A program made the position numbers and the translations under genes. Below, in pieces: positions 54,533-62,681 of a stretch of 64,000 nucleotides of DNA. Below the pieces are notes generated by a model, which saw nothing but the letters and a program-made list of their open reading frames with translations, had not been told where the DNA came from and made no database searches. Source of the DNA: a virus. The stretch covers positions 3,432 through 67,431 of the IMG/VR virus record IMGVR_UViG_3300045738_000438. One strand, 5' to 3'. How positions within the stretch are numbered: the first letter of the stretch is position 1; each line of letters begins with the position of its first letter.

Positions 54533-54635
54533 GCCGCTCCCTGCCGTTGACAAGGCAGATGCGTAGACTATCAGTCTCGGCATGCTTTGTCAATAGGATT
54601 CTGACAAGGCACTTATGTCAACGGTAGGGAACGGC
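54533..54635 (-). ncRNA. structured multibranch leader RNA (candidate)
   Basis: Outer stem TCCCTGCCGTTGACA / TGTCAACGGTAGGGA enclosing two internal hairpins. Confidence 0.5.
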
Positions 54636-54658
54636 GGGGGTCTGGTCTAACCCCCGCC

Positions 54659-54677
54659 TAATACTATCATAGTTTAA
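54659..54677. repeat. 19-bp palindrome copy 10
   Basis: TAATACTATCATAGTTTAA over the HD gene stop. Confidence 0.9.
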
Positions 54678-55179
54678 GCCCCAATATCTCAAGTGCCTTG
54701 TTATACCTTGTAAGGATAGAGATGGCTTTGGGGTTTGGGATGTACTCACTCCCGCTCCACCCCGGCACGTCCGAGGCGTTGTCCCAAATGTCTGCAATCT
54801 TAACGAGTACAGCAGTGTTGTTTTTCCAGTGATCCCCATCCTGTTTTTCGGCATACTTCTTGATGCCCCTGATGTAGTCAAAGTAGGTCTCATCGTACTT
54901 GCGGGACAGTACGTCCACAACGTCTGCCCATCCACCCATGCCCTTAGCTTTCAAGGACTCCACCGTATGGGGGGTGTCCTCAATTACATCATGCAAGAGT
55001 GCGACCACTTGAACGTCAGTATAATATGGGCCTCCACTAGGTGCCTCTTTCAAGGCACGGTAGGAGACCCTTACTGGATGATTAATGAAGGGTTCAAACC
55101 CGTCACGCCGGGTCTGTCCCCGGTGCGCCTCTTCAGCAATGAAGTAGGCCCGGATTACTTTTTCAGTTAATTCACTCAT
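54667..55179 (-). CDS. HD-domain (p)ppGpp hydrolase-like protein (RelA/SpoT HD, Mesh1-like)
   Basis: AHRGQTRRDG.PFINHP, ALLHDVIEDT, VKIADIWDN. Confidence 0.85.
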   Translation of the reverse strand: MSELTEKVIRAYFIAEEAHRGQTRRDGFEPFINHPVRVSYRALKEAPSGGPYYTDVQVVALLHDVIEDTPHTVESLKAKGMGGWADVVDVLSRKYDETYFDYIRGIKKYAEKQDGDHWKNNTAVLVKIADIWDNASDVPGWSGSEYIPNPKAISILTRYNKALEILGLKL

Positions 55180-55595
55180 AGTTCTACAAAGAAGTGGTTG
55201 TTACTTATCTTTAAAAACGCCCTATCCAGTTCCCATCCCTGAAGGATGGACGTGGACTCTTTCAGGGCGTCCAGCAAGGAGGACGTGATATGTGTGTCGG
55301 TATCCGTTTCTGAGCAACCAGTCTCCGGGTCAGTCCAACCCCATCCAATGGTGTACTCAACAGCCCAAGCGTCCAACCTACGGGTGCGCTTGCCTCCGAG
55401 CGTGGCACACTCCATCTCACCGTTATGCTTGGTGATGTAGATATTGCCGCCTGCCAGTTCAATGTAGGTGCTGCCCACTTTGGACGCGCCTTTGCGCTTG
55501 AAGTAGGTGTTGTCCACGTGACTAATTAATTCACGATCCCCTGCATCTAGTTCAAGTAGAAGGCAATCGTCCGATATTAGTTTCGTTTCTGCCAT
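55176..55595 (-). CDS. hypothetical protein
   Basis: ATGA-coupled ORF. Confidence 0.6.
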   Translation of the reverse strand: MAETKLISDDCLLLELDAGDRELISHVDNTYFKRKGASKVGSTYIELAGGNIYITKHNGEMECATLGGKRTRRLDAWAVEYTIGWGWTDPETGCSETDTDTHITSSLLDALKESTSILQGWELDRAFLKISNNHFFVEL

Positions 55596-55735
55596 GATTC
55601 TAAGTCTCCTTTCAGTGTTTGTAGCACTGCTAAAGCGTGTTCAGCTAGTGCGTATGCTTCTTTATCTTCATCCTCTTCGTACAGTGCCGAGTGCAATGCA
55701 CGAATAGCCTTATTGAGAAGTTCTAGAGGTGTCAT
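55577..55735 (-). CDS. small hypothetical protein (52 aa)
   Basis: Hand translation MTPLELLNKAIRALHSALYEEDEDKEAYALAEHALAVLQ..., fills gap. Confidence 0.45.
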   Translation of the reverse strand: MTPLELLNKAIRALHSALYEEDEDKEAYALAEHALAVLQTLKGDLESWQKRN

Positions 55736-55741
55736 ATCTTT

Positions 55742-56083
55742 CTATTGTTGCTGAACGAACTCAGATGCTGCCTTGTGAACCTTGGGGTTCACGATCCACT
55801 GACTGTCTTCAGGAGACCAGCGGGCACCGAAGCGTCCCTTCAGTTCGTCCTTGATCTCATATGTGTTGCCCAACAAGGGCAGCCAATTTGCCAGTGGGTT
55901 GGCAGCTAACTTCTGAACTTCGTTCACGTGATCACCCTTAGGGTCGAAGAACCAACCCCGGATGCCGTTGCGATCCCCGAAGCGACAACCCAACCCTTTG
56001 AGTTGATCCTTGATGGGATACGTGTTGCCGGGAACGAGTTCCCAAGCGTCTTCAATTGCTTTATTAATACGGTTTTTGTACAT
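55742..56083 (-). CDS. tandem-repeat protein (DUF5710-like x2)
   Basis: GNTYPIKDQLKGLGCRF and GNTYEIKDELKGRFGARW. Confidence 0.7.
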   Translation of the reverse strand: MYKNRINKAIEDAWELVPGNTYPIKDQLKGLGCRFGDRNGIRGWFFDPKGDHVNEVQKLAANPLANWLPLLGNTYEIKDELKGRFGARWSPEDSQWIVNPKVHKAASEFVQQQ

Positions 56084-56125
56084 GATGGTAGTTAGTTAAT
56101 GGAGACATGCTCCCGGCAGCCTTCC

Positions 56126-56144
56126 TTAAACCATAATAGTTTAA
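56126..56144. repeat. 19-bp palindrome copy 11
   Basis: TTAAACCATAATAGTTTAA at the tip of a longer hairpin. Confidence 0.92.
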
Positions 56145-56198
56145 TGCAGGAAGAATTCCGGGAGAACCCCCCTCCGGGGGAACTCCGGTTACTACTCA

Positions 56199-56522
56199 TT
56201 AGCCTTTGAGGCTAAAGTCGTTGGGCAACAACTCACCAATGGAGTTGAAGCCACGCCTGAAGTCACGTTGCTGCTTGGCAACCTGACGGCTCCGCTGACG
56301 CTCGGCTTTTAAAGCCTGAGCCTCAGCCCGATCCTTGCGCCACTGGTGCAGGTTCTCCTGCACGATGGCATCCCTTGATCCGGGTTCCATGTTCATCGTC
56401 ATAAGCGAGTGCAATACTTCATTGATTGCGTACAGTGCGCCTTCATTGATTGCGTCTTGCGTTTCCTTGTTGAACTCAGAAAGAAAGTTCAGAGGCTTGG
56501 TGTATCGGTGTTGTATTTTCAT
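56199..56522 (-). CDS. hypothetical early protein
   Basis: ATGA-coupled ORF. Confidence 0.6.
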   Translation of the reverse strand: MKIQHRYTKPLNFLSEFNKETQDAINEGALYAINEVLHSLMTMNMEPGSRDAIVQENLHQWRKDRAEAQALKAERQRSRQVAKQQRDFRRGFNSIGELLPNDFSLKG

Positions 56523-56719
56523 GCGTCTTTTCCTTTGGTGAAAGTGAACTCAGTCCTGCCCTCCTCAATAGCCCGGAGGATGCGGTCACAAAACTGCTCC
56601 TGACCTCCCCAATTTTGGGATAGTTTCCTTGCCGTCTGGCAAGAGTTCAGGATGCCGACGATCTCACCCGTAAGGTGGATCGTAAGTGAGACGGTCTCGT
56701 CTTTTTTAATCTTACTCAT
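56519..56719 (-). CDS. hypothetical early protein
   Basis: ATG after AC-rich leader. Confidence 0.55.
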   Translation of the reverse strand: MSKIKKDETVSLTIHLTGEIVGILNSCQTARKLSQNWGGQEQFCDRILRAIEEGRTEFTFTKGKDA

Positions 56720-56922
56720 GGTTTATGTATGTAAATGTTTCAATCAATGCTATGTAAATTCTCCAATCAATGCCCTGCTTTACAAGGCACTGAATGGAAT
56801 ATTTAGTTGTTCAATCAGCGTTCATGGTTGAATGGGGGTTATTGTCTTGCGGCTCAGGCGAGGCGTTACTCCTGCGATAGGAACCCTTGCCCTTGCCGCT
56901 GCGATGCACCCTGCTCCCGGTG

Positions 56923-57087
56923 TTAAAGGGAACCAGTGCCCTTGGCTTGGTTGGCTTTTTGCTTGGCTTCATGCCTGTTCATCCAGCGCAGGAGATCGTC
57001 CGGGCCGCGCATGCGCTTGAACGATTCCCAGTCTGGTTTCGGCTCAGGTATTTGACGCCAAAGTGCCAGTTGTTTTTTTCTATCCAT
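56923..57087 (-). CDS. small hypothetical early protein (54 aa)
   Basis: Hand translation MDRKKQLALWRQIPEPKPDWESFKRMRGPDDLLRWMNRHE...; preceded by GGAGGA. Confidence 0.5.
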   Translation of the reverse strand: MDRKKQLALWRQIPEPKPDWESFKRMRGPDDLLRWMNRHEAKQKANQAKGTGSL

Positions 57088-57118
57088 GATTTAATTCCTC
57101 CATTCAATTCATGCTGCA

Positions 57119-57137
57119 TTAAACTATTATGGTTTAA
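57119..57137. repeat. 19-bp palindrome copy 12
   Basis: TTAAACTATTATGGTTTAA at the tip of a longer hairpin. Confidence 0.92.
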
Positions 57138-57188
57138 GGGCATGAACTGAAGGGAAGAACCGGGGGTTTCCCCCCGGCTCATTGTACA

Positions 57189-57941
57189 CTAGGCATTGAC
57201 TGCCGCCGCCTCACCCTCTTCAGGAAGGATCGTCGGCACCTCACCCGTCTTAGGGTCAGGCGTGGAGGCACCGTCAACCACTTGCTTGAAGTGGTTGTAT
57301 GCCGCCAGTGCCAGAGACTTGGCGACTTCCAAGTCCTGCCCAGAGATGTTCAGGATGTAGGCAAACACCTTATCCTTTTTCTGAGCCTTGGCCCCAGAAG
57401 TCACTTCCTTGGGGGCATCCTTGCCTGCCTTCTTAGCCTCGGCAGCCTTGGCAGTCTTGCCCTTGCGAGCGAAGATACCCAGCGACTGGTAAAGCTTGGT
57501 GATGGCATTGATTGCCGTTGACTCAGCGTAGCCTGCATCAATGCAAGCCTGCTTGATCACCGAGCGGGGCACGCCTGCTTTGTTGGCATCCTTGACCAAC
57601 TCCTTGACCCCGGCCTGCTTCTCGTCACGCTTGGTCTCGGCCCCGCGCAACTCAGAGAACTGAGCAGTGAGAGAAACCTTGAATTTCTCATTCACCTTGT
57701 CCTGCTTGGCGGCCTCGGCAGCCTTGACCTTGAGAGCCTTGACCTTGAGAGCCTTGGCCCACTCGGCAGCGTCCGCTTGTGCCGTCAACTCGGCAGCAGA
57801 TTTCTCCACCTTCGGAGCCTTCTTGGCAGCCTTCTTGGTAACCTTCTTAGCCGTTACCTTTGCCTTCGTTGTGCCCTTACCAGCAGCGGCGTCAATAGCC
57901 TTGCTGATACCTCTACCGGGGGTAGCTTTTTTAGCTGCCAT
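57189..57941 (-). CDS. Lys/Ala-rich protein with histone H1-like N-terminus
   Basis: MAAKKATPG...KVTAKKVTKKAAKKAPK; 15-bp tandem repeat at 57721-57750. Confidence 0.7.
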   Translation of the reverse strand: MAAKKATPGRGISKAIDAAAGKGTTKAKVTAKKVTKKAAKKAPKVEKSAAELTAQADAAEWAKALKVKALKVKAAEAAKQDKVNEKFKVSLTAQFSELRGAETKRDEKQAGVKELVKDANKAGVPRSVIKQACIDAGYAESTAINAITKLYQSLGIFARKGKTAKAAEAKKAGKDAPKEVTSGAKAQKKDKVFAYILNISGQDLEVAKSLALAAYNHFKQVVDGASTPDPKTGEVPTILPEEGEAAAVNA

Positions 57942-58199
57942 AATATTTACAAGTAGTAGGAGTCCTCTGCATTTAATCACGGGGTTGGAACCGTCACGGG
58001 ACACTCAGAAATGAGTGCCTCGGCCTGCATTGCTCCGCGCAGTGTTGAAGCATTTCCTTGAACGGCGTAGCCACTGCGAGGGGTAGTAGTTAGGGGATAT
58101 CCAAGGCGATTAACCCTTGGGAGGTAGGATGGAGGAAGTTCCTCCCATCAACACTCCCGCCGGGAGTGCTGAAGGGAACGGGGGCAGTGCCCCCTGATG

Positions 58200-58748
58200 T
58201 TAAGCAATCACTGAGATTGCCGACTTGCTCAGGTCACGTCCTGCCTTCTTGTTGCAGGTCTCCTGCCAGTCAGGGAGCGGCGTGGCGATGCCGTTCTTGC
58301 GAACCGAGACCTTGCCGGTTGGGGCATCGTACTTGACCTTCAACCCCGCTGCCTCAGCGCACTCACGGGTAACTACACAATCAGGATTGCGCCTGACCTT
58401 CTCGGCCCATACCTGCTTGCGGAAGTCCCGCAATTGCTCCAGTTCCTTCTGATCGGCAGCGTGCTGATCCCAGTCGAAGTCCCTCTCACAAAAGGTCAAC
58501 CTCAGACCAGCAGAGAACAAAGCAATGTCGGCCTGCCACTGAACACTGTCAGTGTCGGTCTGACTCCTGCCGTTCTCATCCACGTAATGGGGGCATCCGC
58601 AAAACCGGAAGAACTCCCGCGTGACCTCGTCCTGATCTTCAGCACCGCAACCCTTTGCGACTTTGTCCAGAACCTTGACCGGAAGATCGTTCAACCGGAG
58701 CGTCCCCAAGAAACCTTGGGCTATCTTTTTACCTGTAATCTTTTTCAT
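58200..58748 (-). CDS. hypothetical early protein (first gene of leftward unit)
   Basis: MKKITGKK start after CAACTACTAC leader and long hairpin. Confidence 0.65.
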   Translation of the reverse strand: MKKITGKKIAQGFLGTLRLNDLPVKVLDKVAKGCGAEDQDEVTREFFRFCGCPHYVDENGRSQTDTDSVQWQADIALFSAGLRLTFCERDFDWDQHAADQKELEQLRDFRKQVWAEKVRRNPDCVVTRECAEAAGLKVKYDAPTGKVSVRKNGIATPLPDWQETCNKKAGRDLSKSAISVIA

Positions 58749-58778
58749 TTGAGTAGTAGTTGTGGGAGACCGAAGTGT

Positions 58779-59390
58779 CTCACCTGAGAACCCCCAGAAA
58801 CACTGGAGGCTCTCAGGCGAGCGGGACGTGCAGTCCCGCCACAACCTGTACCAGTCACGCGGGGATCAGTCTGATGAGAGAAGATTGTATGATTCGTAAG
58901 AACCCGCGCACTGGAATTGGCCGATCCTGAGCTTGTCCGCTGAGGTCTGGGAGCGTGAAGATATCCTGCACTTCACTAGGTTGTCGAACATCAGTGTACG
59001 TTCCGACCATTTCCCTTCGCCTGAGCTTCAGCTTCATTGTATCTACCGGGGGTTACATCCGGTTGAAGCTTCGCCAGTAAGGCAACTCAATTCCCACACA
59101 ACTTAAACCCTTGTGAGGCGACTGGCGATTATGTCCAGTACTGTCGTGGCAGCCAGTTTGAGTGGCGGCGGGCAGGTGGATTGTCGGTGATGATTGGTCA
59201 GACCCGATCCAACTGGTTTCTCAGAACCCGTCCCTGAATCTTCGGCTCAGGTGCGAGTGGATGTATTCAGTCCGCGTCCACTAGTGCGGTGCATTCCTGC
59301 ATTCAGCTTTTCTGGCACGCTGGAAAGTGCCTCCCGTAACTAAGACCGGGACTACGTCCACCTCAGCAAACATGCGGAATGAGTAAGTAT
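58779..59390. ncRNA. large structured non-coding RNA candidate
   Basis: About 600 nt with no convincing ORF and at least nine recognisable stems, including a long-range one. Confidence 0.5.
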
Positions 59391-59393
59391 TGC

Positions 59394-59412
59394 TAATACT
59401 ATGATAGTTTAG
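59394..59412. repeat. 19-bp palindrome copy 13
   Basis: TAATACTATGATAGTTTAG at the edge of the structured region. Confidence 0.85.
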
Positions 59413-59915
59413 AGGGGAGCTTGCTCGGCCTACCCATCGTTATCTATCCCACTCTGGGCAAAAAAGTGCCCAACGCTCAAACAGACGGGGAAAAAAACTG
59501 CCCCAAGTGCAATGTCTATTATGCATGTTACCCTTTGTTAGCAGTACCCAGCGGACGTGACCCCGTACCAAGCCCTCCAATCCGGGCTGAGGGCACCAAT
59601 CCCGGTGATTCCGCACAGGCACCCCACCACCGGGGTACCCAGCCCCAACGCTGTACCTATATATATGTGGGTATTCTAGTTTTCTTGGCTAAATCAGGAA
59701 ACCTAATGTCCTTTGGTTCGTTTGTCGGCCTGCGCTGGGCAGTGTATACTGCTTGGTTCTTATGGAACAGATGATAGAGAACCTAATGTTGGCCCTTAAA
59801 GAGGTGGAAGCGGAGCATCCCGGTAGCAAGTCACAAAGAATTTTAAAAAGAGCGGTTGACCAAGCCGTTAGTCTGCGGAGCAAGTGGAAGACTAACTGGA
59901 ATTTGCAGAACTGAC

Positions 59916-59952
59916 AAAAAACCCCGGACACCACACACGTGGGCCGGGGTTA
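59916..59952 (-). terminator. rho-independent terminator
   Basis: AACCCCGG...CCGGGGTT followed by T run on - strand. Confidence 0.7.
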
Positions 59953-60113
59953 AGCAGCGGGTGTTGCCCAGCTAAATCACTCTAAACACCCATAGACTTT
60001 AAGGCAGCCTTTCTTACTGCCGAGTTAGTTTATTTGTAGTTCCTTTACTGACCGCTGCTATGATTTTCACTAAGCCACTGAGCCTCTATAAACTCACTTC
60101 TTGTCATTTGTGT

Positions 60114-60482
60114 TCACTCCTCTTCCCAGCCATATCCGTTCCACCTCATCTCACTATGCCCACACCAGTTGCGGTGCATTGGCTTGGGGTAAAGTTTGTG
60201 GCAGTAGGTGTATTTCCTTATGTCTACTTTTGGTTCCGCTCCACAAAGGGAAAGCTTCTCTTCCCGGCTCATGGGGAGCCACATCCCTTGCCAAACGGTT
60301 CCTTTTGACCCGTCCTTTGGTGGGAGAAGGTCACGCCTTTTTCTCAACTCGGCTTCCTTGACTTTACGTGCTGCTTCAGCCCGTTTCTTGTGGGCCTTGA
60401 CCGTGGCTGAGTCTTCCCTCCTTGGAGGCCACATATCAAACGTAAAAGACGTTATTGTTTGTACTGCCTTAACTGTCCTCAT
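60114..60482 (-). CDS. hypothetical basic protein
   Basis: ORF from MRTVKAV. Confidence 0.5.
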   Translation of the reverse strand: MRTVKAVQTITSFTFDMWPPRREDSATVKAHKKRAEAARKVKEAELRKRRDLLPPKDGSKGTVWQGMWLPMSREEKLSLCGAEPKVDIRKYTYCHKLYPKPMHRNWCGHSEMRWNGYGWEEE

Positions 60483-60657
60483 TTTTACCAACTTTATGCA
60501 TGGGGCAGGTATCTGCCAGATAGTAGATAGGTTTACCGTCTTCTCCGGGCCAGCCCCTTCCGTTGCGGTTGTCAGGCACGGGGCATGTACACCCACGTGC
60601 TGTAGCAGCAAGGCTGCCGGGGGCCATTAGTTCACTTGGGGACTTCTCCTTGCTCAT
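60469..60657 (-). CDS. small Cys/His phage protein
   Basis: PGS..A..RGCTCPVPDN..GRG...CPMH. Confidence 0.65.
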   Translation of the reverse strand: MSKEKSPSELMAPGSLAATARGCTCPVPDNRNGRGWPGEDGKPIYYLADTCPMHKVGKNEDS

Positions 60658-60949
60658 TATTGAGGTATGATTTGGCAAAGACCATGAAGTCTTTGACTTC
60701 CTTTTCCTTATGCCTGCTGGCTTTCATCATAGAGTTCACCCTCTTGACGCTGTTGTACACCACGGTGCGATCCCTGTTCCAGAACCTTGCAATGATAGGC
60801 TTCTTGTAGCCTGCGTCACAGGCAATCCACTGGCAGACGTGCCTTGGCCAAGCATAAACCTGCTCCCGGCTTTGGCTTGTTAACCCTTCCAAGGGAACAT
60901 TAAAGTACAGGGACGCAGCTTCTGCAAGCTGCCTTTGTTTTGATTTCAC
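60632..60949 (-). CDS. DnaA C-terminal-like (TrpR-like HTH) DNA-binding protein
   Basis: YFNVPLEGLTSQSR...PRHVCQW...IARFWNRDRTVVYNSVKRV. Confidence 0.8.
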   Translation of the reverse strand: MKSKQRQLAEAASLYFNVPLEGLTSQSREQVYAWPRHVCQWIACDAGYKKPIIARFWNRDRTVVYNSVKRVNSMMKASRHKEKEVKDFMVFAKSYLNNEQGEVPK

Positions 60950-61299
60950 TTCTTTCGTCTTCTGACCTTCTTCTTGGGGGCAGGGGCGTCTTTCAGCAGG
61001 GAAGACCACCACCGCATGGCATCAGGGTTCTCCTTCCAGACGGCGCAGAGACCGTTTGCTAGTCGGTTGGTGAGGTTCTCCTCGTCACCGGATTCAATGC
61101 CCATACTGTAGTTGACGGAGTGGATTACCTCATGGAGGAAAGTGTTTGCGAGCGCGTCCTTGGGTTGGCCCTCGGTTACATATATGTGGAGGTTAGCAAA
61201 GTCACACCACCCCAGCTTGTCCCCGCCAGAGTCATCACGGTGTACGTAGAGAATGTCGTATGTGAAGCCTAGAACCTTAAGCTTAGTGGGCTTTGCCAT
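60946..61299 (-). CDS. small HExxH zinc metallopeptidase-like protein
   Basis: LGWCDF...NTFLHEVIH...EE. Confidence 0.75.
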   Translation of the reverse strand: MAKPTKLKVLGFTYDILYVHRDDSGGDKLGWCDFANLHIYVTEGQPKDALANTFLHEVIHSVNYSMGIESGDEENLTNRLANGLCAVWKENPDAMRWWSSLLKDAPAPKKKVRRRKK

Positions 61300-61544
61300 T
61301 AGTTCCTCTCCGGGTTCTTTAGCCAAGGGAGCATATGGTTCCTGCCAAACAGTTCCCGGTGTAAATCCATTAGGCAGGTCAGCCTCCCCAAGAGAAAACA
61401 ACTGAACGGGCTTAGTATTTCCGTTATTAATTCAAGGTTGTTTTGGCTGATCTCAACATCAAACAGCCCATTGTCCTCAAACTCCTTTGTGAGGACGTGC
61501 TGTATTTGGTTTATCGTTAGTTCAAGCGCATCCTTGTCGGTTAT
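61299..61544 (-). CDS. hypothetical protein
   Basis: Fills gap; GTG start overlapping the upstream stop assumed. Confidence 0.45.
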   Translation of the reverse strand: MTDKDALELTINQIQHVLTKEFEDNGLFDVEISQNNLELITEILSPFSCFLLGRLTCLMDLHRELFGRNHMLPWLKNPERN

Positions 61545-61987
61545 TTCCACCGATCCGTTATTAGTAGTTCCATTATCGCCCCGTAATTGCATATGTCCCT
61601 CGCAGTGTCTTCCAGACTTTCGTCCTCAACCCTTGGCCCCGCAGTCCCTTTGATCTGCTTTTGAACCAGATTGGCAAGCCGCTGTATCTTATCATTAAGA
61701 CGCACTGCAACGCCAAAAATGTTGAGTTCTTTTGTGGGCCAGCCTGCAATGTTGCGTGATCCGTAGTCGGCATGTTTCCGGTCAAACAGCTTGGCACATT
61801 CCAGCATGACTTTAAGGGTGTCCTGAGTCATAGGCTCGGTTAGGTCTAGACCCTTAAAGGCTATTCTTGCTAGGAAAGAAGTGGAAACACGGGGGGTGGC
61901 TAACAGTATTTCTTCAATCTTAGCCTCAGCCTCTTGGGCAGAAAATTGCCCCGGCTGTTCTTCTTGGGAGGTTTTTTGGGCAACCAT
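61541..61987 (-). CDS. nucleotide-modification-associated domain protein (Nmad1/DUF1599-like)
   Basis: FDRKHADYG, VRLNDKIQRL, ESLEDTARDICNYG. Confidence 0.8.
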   Translation of the reverse strand: MVAQKTSQEEQPGQFSAQEAEAKIEEILLATPRVSTSFLARIAFKGLDLTEPMTQDTLKVMLECAKLFDRKHADYGSRNIAGWPTKELNIFGVAVRLNDKIQRLANLVQKQIKGTAGPRVEDESLEDTARDICNYGAIMELLITDRWK

Positions 61988-61998
61988 TGGTCTGCGGG

Positions 61999-62463
61999 TT
62001 AGTCAACGGATAGGATTCGTTTGCACACAATGCAGTGGGCGGTGTCTTTCCCATCAGAGTCCATGTCAAACTCAATGAAGGTCGAAGAGGAATGATCCTC
62101 GTCACTAGCGTTCGTTATGCCTAAGCAGGGGCACCTCCCCTTCTCCTTGCGATCCTTAAGCCAGTAGTTGAGAACCCTTGTCTCGGTTGGGCCGTCATAG
62201 CCAGTGCAGTCAGCCCTGTCTGGCTGCTGGGCAGGGGACAGAAATCTCCCCATCTCATATGCCGACCACAGCGTTTGGTCGTATAGGCGTGGAATGTGGT
62301 ATTCGTTTGTGAGGGCAGCATCCCGGTGCTTGCGGATAGCTTCGTTTAGCCTATGCGTTTCGTTCTCTTGGGCCTCTATCTCCTTGGTTAGGTGTAGCAC
62401 CCTTGGCGCAACCAAGTCCTCTTCTTCCATTATTACGCCGTTCATTACGATTACTTTACTCAT
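61999..62463 (-). CDS. hypothetical protein with Cys motifs
   Basis: ORF; CPC and HCIVC. Confidence 0.55.
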   Translation of the reverse strand: MSKVIVMNGVIMEEEDLVAPRVLHLTKEIEAQENETHRLNEAIRKHRDAALTNEYHIPRLYDQTLWSAYEMGRFLSPAQQPDRADCTGYDGPTETRVLNYWLKDRKEKGRCPCLGITNASDEDHSSSTFIEFDMDSDGKDTAHCIVCKRILSVD

Positions 62464-62665
62464 AAGCTTTTTTCAGAAATCCAGCTATGCTTAAGCGGGA
62501 GGCTTTGAAGGCTCTTATCATGTCCTCCTCCTTGCGGTTTTCTGCTGGGTACTTTCCCTCCAAAACTCTCTGGCGAATTTTCTTGGTGAACTTCTTGTTT
62601 ACTGAGGTTGTTTCCCAGTCAAAATTTGGGTACTCTCCAATCTGCGCTATCTTGGGTTCATTCAT
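62456..62665 (-). CDS. hypothetical protein
   Basis: ORF downstream of palindrome copy 14. Confidence 0.55.
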   Translation of the reverse strand: MNEPKIAQIGEYPNFDWETTSVNKKFTKKIRQRVLEGKYPAENRKEEDMIRAFKASRLSIAGFLKKAYE

Positions 62666-62681
62666 GCTTAGTGGTGTGGTG

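Noticed and set aside
58871-58905. Hammerhead ribozyme suggested by CTGATGAG
   Set aside because: No properly placed GAAA core or stems II/III
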